64,000 bases of DNA, taken from Rozella allomycis CSF55 (lineage: Eukaryota). The stretch spans positions 1 through 64,000 of the forward strand of contig KE561300.1 of NCBI GenBank assembly GCA_000442015.1, read 5' to 3'. Shown one piece after another: positions 36,376 to 47,913 of the stretch; position 1 is the stretch's first letter; each line of letters opens with the position of its first letter. A model generated the notes under the pieces. It ran no database searches, was not told the origin of the DNA, and saw nothing but the letters and a program-made list of their open reading frames with translations. The translations under genes and the position numbers were made by a program.

Positions 36376-37230
36376 ATGGTTAGTAGTGAGCACTTAAACA
36401 TTGTACCCCCGCCAACTAATCGAGCATCCCGCATTTACTGTGATGGTATCTTTGATCTATTCCATTTTGGACATGCAAAGGCCCTTGAGCAGGCGAAAAA
36501 GATCCTACCCCACGTATATTTGATAGTTGGAGGTATAGCATACCATTTAGATATAAAGTTTGCGGTGATGAGATCACACAAATGATGAAAGGCAAAACGG
36601 TTATGAATGAAAAGGAACGGTACGAGAGCGTTAGGCATTGCCGATGGGTTGATGAAGTTGTTGAAGATGCACCGTGGATTATTACACAAGAATTTCTGGA
36701 TCATCACAAGGTAAATAAAATCAGATGTTTTGAAAGATTGACTATGTGGCCCATGATGATATTCCATACAAAATGAACAATTTGGATGATGTCTATAAAT
36801 TTGTTAAAGATCAAAAGAGATTTATTGCTACAAAGCGAACGGGTGGTGTTTCAACATCAGATCTTATCACTAGAATTGTTAGGGACTATGACGAATATCT
36901 GAGGAGAAACTTGGCAAGAGGGGTCCCTGCTAAAGAATTGAATATATCATTTATGAAAGTACGAGTTCATATTTATTAACATAGGAAAGGGAATTATTTG
37001 TTAAAGATAAGGTGCGGGTAATGAAAAAAGGATTGAAAAGAACTATCAGCGAAAGTGAAGACTGCATCAAATGCAATTGGGAGAATACAAGAAGTGAAAT
37101 TTTAATGCTTTTGGACAAATGGGAGAGTAAATCTCATGAATGGATAATGAATTTTACAAGGTTATTTAAATTTAACGACAAAGAAAAAGAAGATTCAAGA
37201 GCGAACGGCCCCAAGAGGTTAAAGTTTTAA
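36376..37230 (+). CDS. PCT1: Choline-phosphate cytidylyltransferase
   Basis: [40 protein letters not shown] and [19 protein letters not shown]. Confidence 0.95.
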
Positions 37231-37283
37231 AAAAATCATAATAAAAGTTAAGCGATGAAATCTGAAATGCTTTTTGTTATTAG

Positions 37284-37612
37284 TTATTTCTTTTTTCTTT
37301 TTTTCAGCTCTGATTTCTTGTCATCAATTCGCTTTCGTTTTTCATTTATCCTATCTGCGTGAGTTTGTTCTCTTTCCGCTACTTTTTTAAGCCAAGCTTC
37401 CTATAATAATGTTTTAATTTTTTTGTACTTGTTTCTCCACTTTTTCTTGAATTACTTTATCTTCTTTTTTGTTTACTAGTTCTACAAGTTCCAACATACG
37501 ATTCTGAAATAGAATTAAAATAATGCTATACTTTGGTGACAAAAACTTTTCCTCGCTTGGATTTCTCATCTTTGGATGCTTTGACTCTTTTTTTCACAAC
37601 CGCGTTGATCAT
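37284..37612 (-). CDS. Small basic protein, LOC1-like 60S assembly factor (3 exons; absent from the ORF track)
   Basis: Two 28-nt GT-AG introns give MINAVVKKRVKASKDEKSKRGKVFVTK/NRMLELVELVNKKEDKVIQEKVEKQ/EAWLKKVAERE..KKRKKK*. Confidence 0.6.
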
Positions 37613-37762
37613 CAGCCACAAAAGTTGGCACGACTTTCTTGAATCGCTCAATCAATAAATTCAAAATATAAAAATCAATTATCATTCTGATTCATTCAAA
37701 GATTTCTGTATTAGTGAACAGAGTAAACCTATGACGTCCAAGCCACGTAAGTTTATTGTACT

Positions 37763-39840
37763 ATGGGGCTATTGTCGCTCGGAACGCCCCTCCTCTGGCA
37801 AGAAGCAAAAACATATGCTGAGCATGTTCGTGATCATGGTATCGAACAATTTCTGAATGTATATCATCGTGTTAAAGACAGAAATAGAGACGGACTGTTC
37901 TGGGGAGACGAGGTACTTTAAAACAAAAGTGTAAACTCAGGTAGAATACATGCTTCTCTATTTGGACCACGAGAAGAAAAATGTAAAGGTCAATATAAGA
38001 GCCGAGGAAATTTTGAAGACATTGCGAGATCAAGGTCATGACGACGTAATATTTCAACCAGAGTATGGAAGATACATGATAGAAGGTACATACCGTTATA
38101 TATGAAAATATAGCAACCCCAGGAAAACCGTTTGGGTCGTCAACACAAGATCTTTTGAAATTGGAAAGCAACATGAGAAAAAGGCGCGAATTAATTAATT
38201 CGATGCTCAGACCGAATGAATTTCTGATAACTTTAACAAGCTTTCCGTTACTTGGAACGAGTGATTTTATTCATTCTGAAGTGCCCTTGGATGAAAACGC
38301 TGACGCTTCACATTCATTGTTCATTCCTGATAATTTGATTAATATGCATGCGAGATTCAAGTAAAATAAATATTTATGAGTGAAAGAACATTAACTAGAA
38401 ATATTAGAGAAAGGAGAGGTGAGAAAGTAGCGATTAATGTTCCTGTATTTCGTGATACGAATACAAACGTCCCATTTGTAGAAGAAATCGCCCCACATAA
38501 AACATATGGGTTAGAAGGAACAAATAGAAGATTAAATGATCATATTTATTTAGACTGCATGTGTTTCGGGATGGGTTGTTGTTGTTTGCAAGTTACTTTC
38601 CAGGCTTGCAATATTTCAGAAGCCAGAAAACTATATGATGCTCTAGCTGTTTTAACTCCAATCATGGTAGTTAATATATGATTGGTTCATGTAGATGGCT
38701 TTATCAGCAGCCTCTCCAATTCATAAAGGTTACCTTGCTGACACGGATTGTCGTTGGAAAATAATTTCAGGTTCTGTTGATGATAGAACGGATGAAGAAA
38801 GAGGCTTAAAGGTAATTTTTATTAAATGATTTAATAGCCATTAAAGGATAGCAATTATTTAATTAACAAGAGTCGTTATGATTCTATTGATTCGTTCATA
38901 TCCAATGATGATAAATTTAAATCAAAATATAATGATATAAATCTCGTTAAAAATGAAAAGTTATATAGAAGAATGAGAGATAACGGTACTTTGTCTTTAT
39001 TCCACTGGATAGGCGTTGATGAGTTATTGGCGTCTCATATGGCCCATTTGTTTATTAGGGATCCCCTTGTTGTGTACAAAGAGTTGATTGACCAAGACGA
39101 TAAAAACTCTTCTGATCATTTTGAGGTATTATGCAACCATCTAATTACATAGAATATTCAAAGTACAAATTGGCAAACTATGCGTTTTAAGCCACCAACC
39201 GCCAATTCATCAATTGGCTGGCGCATTGAATTTAGATCAATGGAAGTCCAATTGACAGACTTTGAAAATGCTGCTTATGCTTTATTTATTGTCTTGTTAA
39301 CCAGAGCTATTCTCTCATTCAATTTAAATTTGTATATTCCCATTTCCAAAGTTGATCAAAATATGCAAAGAGGGCAGGTTAGAGATGCAGTGCTAAAAGA
39401 AAAATTTTACTTTAGAAACCACTTGTATGAAAGTAAAAACACTATAATTCTTGTCAAAGACGATGACAGCGATGAGTTTGAAGAAATGACTATAGACGAA
39501 ATTATAAACGGAAAAGAAAATGTAGAAGAATTTCCTGGATTGATCGCCATTGTAGAATCGTATTTGGAAACACTATCTTTGGACGTTGAGTCTCAATGTA
39601 GGATATCAAAATATCTTTGTCTCATAAGTGGAAGAGCGAAAGGTAAATATAGAGTCAAGGGTATATTTAGGTAGTGTAAAAACTATGGCTAATTGGACAA
39701 GGCATTTCGTAACCACTCATCCTTTGTACAAGCACGACTCTAAAGTACCTTCAGAAGTTATTTATGATTTTGTTCAAAAATGCAAAGAAATGACTGAAAA
39801 TAACGCTTTTGATGACAATAAATGCAATTGTGGGTGTTAA
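37763..39840 (+). CDS. GSH1: Glutamate-cysteine ligase catalytic subunit
   Basis: [46 protein letters not shown] and [23 protein letters not shown]. Confidence 0.97.
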
Positions 39841-39866
39841 TAGTTCAAGCAATAAACCGTTATTCT

Positions 39867-40262
39867 TTATTTATAGTGATGAAACGTATACTTTTGCGGT
39901 CTTTCAATTTTGTGGAACGTCCTTTTACTTAGCTTGCTGGCTATTAGCCTTCGTAGTCTAGTAGTTTGTGTTGCATTCGTATAAGTCATTTTTCTCAATC
40001 TCTTCTTTTTGTAATAATTCTTTCCGAACATTAAATGCCGCGTCCCCGCATGTTTTCTCAAAAATTTTCTCTTAATGGGATCCCATGAAAATCGCCTCTT
40101 TATGGAGCCAAGCGTTTTGTGTGTGTTTCGCACGAACATTAAACTTGTATTATTAAAACTTGTTATTCTATTATTTACAAGCCCATTTACTATTGGGTTT
40201 AATGCAATGGTGGAAAAAGACTTTGAAATTGTTAATGGGGAGCGAAATATTGATCTGAACAT
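39867..40262 (-). CDS. Mitochondrial ribosomal protein bL35m
   Basis: Presequence-like N-terminus; HKTLGSIKRRF..RKHAGTRHLMFGK..KKRLRK is an L35 pattern. Confidence 0.8.
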   Translation of the reverse strand: MFRSIFRSPLTISKSFSTIALNPIVNGLVNNRITSFNNTSLMFVRNTHKTLGSIKRRFSWDPIKRKFLRKHAGTRHLMFGKNYYKKKRLRKMTYTNATQTTRLRRLIASKLSKRTFHKIERPQKYTFHHYK

Positions 40263-40290
40263 TTCCAGGGTTTAGTTTGATTTGGGTGAC

Positions 40291-41470
40291 ATGCAAATAA
40301 TTTCGTTTGTTATATTAATTCTCATTGTTTTAGCTATAGTCTCAATAATTGCAGCTTACTATTTGGACAAGCCATTTTCAAAGTTCGAGCCTCGAGGAAA
40401 ACACATCGTGATCACTGGGGGCAGTAGTGGTCTAGGATTTAGTATTGCAAAGTTATTAGTTCAGCAAGGTAATCAAATTAAGGATCTTTGAATGGTGCTA
40501 TGGAGAATTACTAATGATAATAGGTGCTAATGTAACTATAATTGCCCGGAGATTGGATTTGCTAGAACAGGCCAAAACCCAATTAGAAAAGCATGCGGAT
40601 CTATCAAAAACAAAGATTCTTACATTGTCTGCTGATGTATCAAAACATCAAAACATTGCAGCTGCCATTAGTTTGGCGGAGAGTGAGATTGGCCAATCAG
40701 TGGATTACATTTTTACTTGTGCTGGGTACAGTCGACCTGGCTTATTTTTGGATATCGAACCTTTTGAATTTGAAAATGGAATGAAGATAAATTATTTAGG
40801 CACTGTTAATGCAATAAGAGTATCAGAGTTTATTTGCTGGGTTATTAGGCGGCAGTCCAATCCATGATCACGAAAAAGAGAAGAGGAAAAATAATTCTGA
40901 TTAGTTCCACCCTTGGAGTTATGAATCTCATTGGATACTCTCAGTATTCACCCACAAAACATGCAATCAGGAGTAATACAATTTGTGGAAAAATATCTAA
41001 GGTCTCGCTGAAACGTTACATCAAGAACTGCAACCATATCAAGTAGTTGATATTTACTAATATTTTAAAAGATTGATGTCCATATATACTACGTCTCGAC
41101 AATTTTGACTCCCGGATACTTAGAAGAAGTAAGTTGGTGAAAGCGTACGACAGAGGAAAAAACGAAACCAGCAATTACCAAGATTATTGAGGGAACAGAA
41201 ATAAGCGATGCATCACCAGACGCCCGAGCGAAAACTTTAATTGACGGTACAGAGATAACTGCAATGTAAGAAGGGTTAACAAAAAACAATCATGTCATAA
41301 CGTCCGACTTTGTAACCGACATTTTTCGCATTGCTTCTAAAGGTGTTTCTGTTGGATATGGGTTCTATGACTTTGTAATTTCGATATTTGCATCGATAGC
41401 CATTCCTTGTTGGAGGTTTTTCATACAGCATCAAATTAGACACCATGAAAAAAATGAAAAAGTGCAGTGA
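40291..41470 (+). CDS. TSC10: 3-ketodihydrosphingosine reductase (SDR)
   Basis: N-terminal TM; HIVITGGSSGLG, NYLGT, GYSQYSPTK (YxxxK) and TPGYLEE.KTKP. Confidence 0.88.
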
Positions 41471-41492
41471 AACTACTAAATAAAAATAAATT

Positions 41493-41821
41493 TTATTTAG
41501 ATTGCAATTCTTTAACAAATTGAATATACTCCTTTTGTGCAGTCTACATTTGGAAAGAAGTGAGAACTTACCTCTTTGCTCTTTCCCTTTTGACTATTCC
41601 AGCCGTTCCACTTTGCTTTGCCTTTTAAATCAAGCATGCCTGGTTGTGGGGTAGTGTTGTCACCTTCAATGGCTTGCTTGAAGAGTGAATACAATTTGAT
41701 CAAGTCATCATTGCTTGGTGTAGTTTTTAAACTCTTGGCAGCGTCTGCAGCAGCGATAAATTCAGGCTGTATCACATGTTGAAAAGCATGTTACGTTATT
41801 TGTACTTTTTGGATCAGACAT
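41493..41821 (-). CDS. ACB1: Acyl-CoA-binding protein
   Basis: PSNDDLIKLYSLFKQAIEGDN..PGMLDLKGKAKWNGW; two tiny introns. Confidence 0.95.
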
Positions 41822-41846
41822 TGTTTCTGATTTTTCAAATTCAAAG

Positions 41847-43171
41847 ATGGCATTTGAGTTGGCAAGTGTTACAAATTTGACAGTACAAAAGATCTTAAGA
41901 CTTTACAAAGGGTTTAACCTCGAAACATGTATATGGGATATCGCGAAATCCGTACGAAGTTTTCGATGATGACAGCGAACTGTTCGGTTGTGTTGGAGAA
42001 AGAAAGGTAAAATTTTGTGATTTATTTTAAATCAGATTACTTTTTTAACATTAAATGACGAAAATATTGAAATACAGACTGTTTTTAACGACGACAACGT
42101 AACGGTTGGTCTGATTCTTTATTATAGCCAAGCGAATATTTTTATACTTGTTGTTGGTGTTATGTAGGCGAAAAGTCTTTATTAGCCGCCGGAGGGTTTT
42201 GTGGAATAATTAAGATTGTAGATCCCTGGAATGGTGAATTAGTCAAGGTAGCAAAATCTTGTACTCCATCTTTAGGCCTTATACGGTCACGGGAATGACA
42301 TCAATACACTTAAAGTACATCCCAAAGATTCTACCTTGCTTTTGTCTGGAAGCAAAGATTTTTCAATAAGGCTTTGGAACGTAGAGACAAGTTGCTGCGT
42401 TGCAGTTTTTGCTGGAGAAAACGGTCATTTAGAGCAGGTCTTGGCAGTGGTAACATTATATCTATAAATTTTTTCAGGCCTTTCATCCTTCTGGTAATCA
42501 ATATAAAGGTTTGTAATTTGGGTGATTATTTTGCGTCTGCAGGTATGTGTTCCAATGTCAAAGTGTGGTCTTTGAAATGCGAAAAAGTTAAAAAAGCTAT
42601 TCTAAATTCCAAGGAGGAGAATAATATAAAAACCAGTGATTATCTCAAAGATCAATCTGATTTTTCGTCCAATGAATTACTTGGAATTTCGTACCCATGT
42701 TATTCTACCGGAAGAATACATCGCAACTACATTGATTGTATTGAATGGTATGGTGATTTATTGTTGACAAAATCCGTTCAAAATAAGATTCTTTTGTGGA
42801 AGCCATTTATTTTAGACTTTGAAAAGCCGCAAGGGATTGGAAATGGCAAATCACACCTGATTGCTGAATTGCATGCTGAAGGATGTGATGTTTGGTTTTT
42901 GCAGTTTACGTTAAGTACGGATATGAAAAATCTATTCGTTGGTAATAAGGATGGCTTTTTCATGCATTGGAATTTAGAGAAGCAATTGTCAACAGCAGAC
43001 AAAGTAAATATCTATGGTTTGTTTGAAATCAATCCTTTGTATTCTGCACGATCTAAGCGAGCAAAGACGACTATTCGACAAATTGCATTATCAGGTGACG
43101 GGTCAAAGGCATTAGCTGTCAATGATGGTGGTCAGATTTTGATGTATCGAAAGGGAAATATAATAATATAA
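41847..43171 (+). CDS. EED: Polycomb PRC2 WD40 subunit EED/ESC/FIE
   Basis: GHGNDINTLKVHPKDSTLLLSGSKDFSIRLWNV..CVAVFAG..GHLEQVL, IHRNYIDCIEWYGDLLLTKS and CDVWFLQF. Confidence 0.88.
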
Positions 43172-43257
43172 AATAAAATAATAACTATTTTTATATAAAT
43201 ATCATAAATATGATAAAAATGATCTTTGAATTGAGTTTGTTAATTTCAGTGGCTTGG

Positions 43258-46200
43258 ATGGAACTTGAGACGAATTCGAAAACAAAAAATGTTCTCAAGT
43301 CATATTCATGCTCTGAGATGTTTTTTAAGAGTGCTTCTGTTAGCAGAACCCATACTGCAGCGATATCAGTAAATATGATTTGACTGTTCCAACTAGACGA
43401 GTAATACCCTGTATATTTGGAAAAAACTGGACAAACCAGAGGTTAAAACAGAGCTTGAAGGTATTCCACTTAAGCATGTTGAATGTGGCGACGGATTTAC
43501 ATTGGTTTTAACAGAAGATCATTCACTTTTAAGTTTTGGTAGTAATGAATATGGTCAGTTGGGCTTGAATCCCCGTGTTATTCCTGTCTGTGGAATTGAA
43601 AATGATAGTTTTAATCTCTATAACACACGAAGTAAAAGGGTTGCAATTACTCGGAAAAATATTTTCAGCAAGTAACGAATGACTATAAACTTGAAAGGTA
43701 TTCAAAGTTTATTAAAAGACGAGACGATAATTCACAGGCAAAATTTGTGCAAAAACTAGCGAATATTGCAATTGAGCAAATAGCAGTTGGATCAGGGCAC
43801 TGTGTGGCGTTGGCGTATAATGGTTATGTGTATTCATGGGGATTGAATGATAAGGGACAATTGGGTCACGGGAATACTTTTAATTATGATGGGCCCACAA
43901 TAATCAAAAAACTTGTTGGAATTCCGATTGTAAAAGTTTGTTGCAAGTCTAAATCGACAATTGCTATTTGCGCATTAGGAAACGTATATATTTTTGGTAC
44001 TTTTAGACAGAATGGCGTAAATAATGTGAGTTATGTAGAGCCAATAATCTTAACTCTCCTTCATAAGCCGTTTATTATTGATTGTGCTTTTAATGAAAAT
44101 GACATTATCCTTTTGTCTAGAGATGGATCTGTTCATTTGGTTAATTATTACTATGATCTGAATACAAAATCTATAGTAATAGATCGATCTATTTCAATTA
44201 AATCTATTGGGCTAACAGAAAAACATGTTTTGATTCAATCTACAAGCAATTCAATCTATTCTCTTCCATATGGTGAATTTTGGGATAATAGAATTTTAGA
44301 TTTAAAACGAGTAGATGAATATAGATCATTTGTTACCCGAGAATGTGGAACTCTTTACTTTAAGTTACCACTGTATGTATCGAGTTCACGTGATGAAACG
44401 TTGTATTGGGATTCACCAAGTTTTATTTATAGATATTTTATGAAGAACAAAGAATTACCTGGGTCACAGATTGAAAAGGGGATGATGAATCTCTTTCTTT
44501 ATGAAAATTACTCATATCGAACGATTCCACTTTTAATTTCTATTATTTGCGATAGATCAATTTCATTTAATACATTTAGGATTGCGATTAGATTGTTAAG
44601 CAATCTTCAATGGGAGCTTGAGAAGATTTCCATTTCAATTGATGTGAAAATAGAACTAATTACTGTATTGAAAGACTATTTAGATATAATTATGGATAAT
44701 TCGGGATTAATCTTTAAGAAAAATATACAAGTCGTTGATATTTCAGTTGTTGATATTTTAGATTTTATGGGTAACATTTTTGAAACAACCTTTGAAATTG
44801 ATTATAAATTGTTTTATTGTGATAGAATCCTGGAATTTGTTGAATTATATTTTGATTTCACTTTGAATCAAATAAATGGACTTACATTTAATGATCTTTA
44901 CATTGAACAGCCAAAGAGTGGAAAGTTGGCTGATCCATTCCCAGCACTTTTTCAAGCAAACAAGTTGAAGTATTTTAAATTTACTTCATATTCGTTTCTA
45001 TTTGACATTCATACTAAATTTGAAATTTTAGAATGGGATTTTAAAAATATAGCGGCTAGTAACATGTCTAGAGCAATGATGTAAAGAATAGTTATTATGT
45101 AAATATAGGGATGCAGTTTTGGCGGGAACCAGGGGTCTAGTTAGTCGAACCGGGAATTCCATAGATGATCGATTAATGTTTGATGCTGTATTTAATATGA
45201 ACAGTGAAGGTCAATCATCATTAAGAATATATCATATTCCAGATGAAGATGAAGATGAGCATGAGCATGAGAATATAACGTTTACTGTTGATGAAATAAA
45301 ATTGAACTTTAAAATGAATGTGAGAAGAGAATTTATTCTTCAAGATACATTTGCTATTTTATCAAATGCCAGAATAGAAGATTTAATGAAACCATTTTCA
45401 GTAAAATTCTTAAATGAAGATGCAGTTGATCATGGGGGTGTAACAAAGGAATATTTCTATTTGATCACAAGAGAATTATTGAAAGATTCTAATGGAATTT
45501 TTGTTTGGTTGGAAGAGTCGAAATACTACTGGTTTAATTCTAATTCAAATGATTATGAAAAATTTAAATTTGCTGGAATCATTTTTGGTTTGGCCGTTTT
45601 CAATTCTTGCATCGTTGAAGGTCATTTCCCTTTGGCTTTCTTTAAAACCGTTTTAGGCGTCACTTGCAGCACTGAAGATTATTCAAAGTTGTTTCCAACA
45701 ATTCATAAAAATTTAAATGAATTGTTACTCTTGGCTGAAAATTGCGAAACAGATAAAGATCCAATAAAAGATCTTGATTTAACGTTTTCTATCACAAGAA
45801 AAAAAGATTCTTCAATACAAAATGTAGATCTAGTTCCAGGGGGTTCTTTTCTTCCTGTTGATAAATTCAACGTTAAAAAATATGTCAAAGACTATCTTAG
45901 ATTTATAGCAGAAAAAGAAATTTCAGAACAAATAGATCATTTTCAAGAAGGCGTCGGATCTGTTCTATGTCCTTCTGTTATTTCGGTAATTTCAAATTTT
46001 AAATCTATTTTTAGACTTTTCATCCACTCGAATTAAAATTAATCATGATGGGCGAATCTTGCAATAGTTTGGAAGATCTTGAATTTTTCAAATCAGATAC
46101 TATTTACAAAGATTACACCCCAGTTGATAACACTGTCGTCTATTTTTGGGAAATCCTTGACTCTTTCAATTTAGATGACAGAAAATTGTTTTTCAAATTC

Positions 46201-46401
46201 TTAAGCGGTAGCGATAGGATCCCATTCAAGGGTCTTTCAAGCATCCCCTTTACCATCCAAAGAGTCAATGACACGTCTAGACTCCCAGTCTCTCACACTT
46301 GCTTCAACTTGCTTGATTTGCCTGATTACAACGATAAACACATTCTAACCCAAAAATTGCTCTTTTCAATCCACAACACTGAAGGCTTCGGCCTCGCTTA
46401 G
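43258..46401 (+). CDS. Small HERC-type E3 ubiquitin ligase (RCC1 repeats + HECT)
   Basis: VYSWGLNDKGQLGHG RCC1 repeats; EDAVDHGGVTKEYF; LPVSHTCFNLLDLP; C-terminal EGFGLA. Confidence 0.92.
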
Positions 46402-46457
46402 CTTTAAATAAAAATAGAAATTTCATTATTTACCTACTACGCCACATTGTCACACTG

Positions 46458-47785
46458 ATGGCCGCTATTAATGATATTCCCCAAAAACCAGCTATCGCCA
46501 TTCTTGGAGGTGTGGGTTTTGTTGGCAGAAACCTCGTTCACTATCTCGTATCATTAAACCTTTGCTCAGATATTTATGTCATCGACAAGGCACTCCCTTC
46601 AATGTCATTTTTATCAAAGGAACATCAAAATTCATTTTCCAAAATTAAATTTAAGCAATTGAACCTATGCAATCCAAGTATCTCCATTTCTAACTATTTA
46701 TAGACGCCTGCCAAGAATTTTTTTCAAATAACAATATTGACGTCATTGTTAATCTTGCGGCAGAAACAAAGTATGGCCAGTCAGAATCAGTAAGAAATTA
46801 AAATATTGTCAACTTTGGTATACGAAGAAAGGATACTGGGCATCGCTAGAAATGTAATTGACGGGATCAAAAATAGCAGCGTCAAACTTTTCATTGAAGT
46901 GTCAACTGGCCAGGTTTATGACCCAGACAAGGTAAAAACACATATGTTTTACAACGGCAGAAACCTTCAAAAGAAAATTCTAAATTGAAGCCATGGACGT
47001 TCATTGCAAGATACAAACTGCAAGTTGAAAATCTACTTGAACAGACCGAAAAGTAGCCAATATAATGTAATCAAAATAGTCTACCATGGATAATTCTTCG
47101 ACCGGCCATAATTTATGGACCCGGTGATTTGACCGGCATCAGTAACACTCTCAGTTTGAATACAAAAGTGCCTAGGTTAACATGCGGAGCAGTTTACAAG
47201 GAATTGAAACAGAAAATGGAATTTTTATGGACAAAAGATTTGAAAATCAACACTGTGCATGTGAATGACGTCGCACGCGCCATTTTTCATGTCATTCATA
47301 ATGGAAAAAGAAATGAAATTTATAATCTCGTAGATCATGCAAATACAGGTATGATATTAGCAAATTAATGATAAAGACCAAGAAAATGTAAATTCATGCA
47401 TCAGGGATATATTCAAAATAGAAACAGGGTTTCATGGATCATTGATTTCAAATATGGCAAAAGTATTATATTTGTTTAATGATGTAAAGTTAAGTTTAAC
47501 GAGCGTTGTGGATGAGGCGAATGATAAACATATGAAGCCTTGGTCAACTATTCTCACTAGGGCTGACATATCGTACTCTCCGATCACTCCGTATCTCGAC
47601 AAGGAAGTAATTCAGTTTATAATATACGATAGCTTTTGAGTAATAATTCTTTATGTCTCGATGGAACGAAAATAGAGCAAACCGGATTCGAATACGAAAA
47701 AAATACATTAAGCAGAGAATTAATTTTGGAATCGTTGCAATATTTTGTAGATCAAAACTTGTTCCCAGACTATTTAATAAAATAA
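46458..47785 (+). CDS. NAD-dependent epimerase/dehydratase (extended SDR)
   Basis: ILGGVGFVGRNL, NLAAETKYGQ, LRPAIIYGPGD and NTVHVNDVARA; ~8 tiny introns. Confidence 0.88.
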
Positions 47786-47794
47786 AAAAGTTTT

Positions 47795-47866
47795 CTCTTC
47801 CACTGAGAATCGAACTCAGATTGTTGGATTCAAAGTCCAAAGTGCTAACCATTACACCATGGAAGA
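47795..47866 (-). tRNA. tRNA-Gln (UUG)
   Basis: TCTTCCA TG GTGTAATGGTTAGCAC T TTGGA CTTTGAA TCCAA CAAT CTGAG TTCGATT CTCAG TGGAAGA G folds as a 72-nt cloverleaf; a T6 Pol III terminator follows. Confidence 0.95.
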
Positions 47867-47913
47867 TGTCTCTTACGAAATTAAATCAAAACTTATTTTA
47901 AAAGAACTACAAT

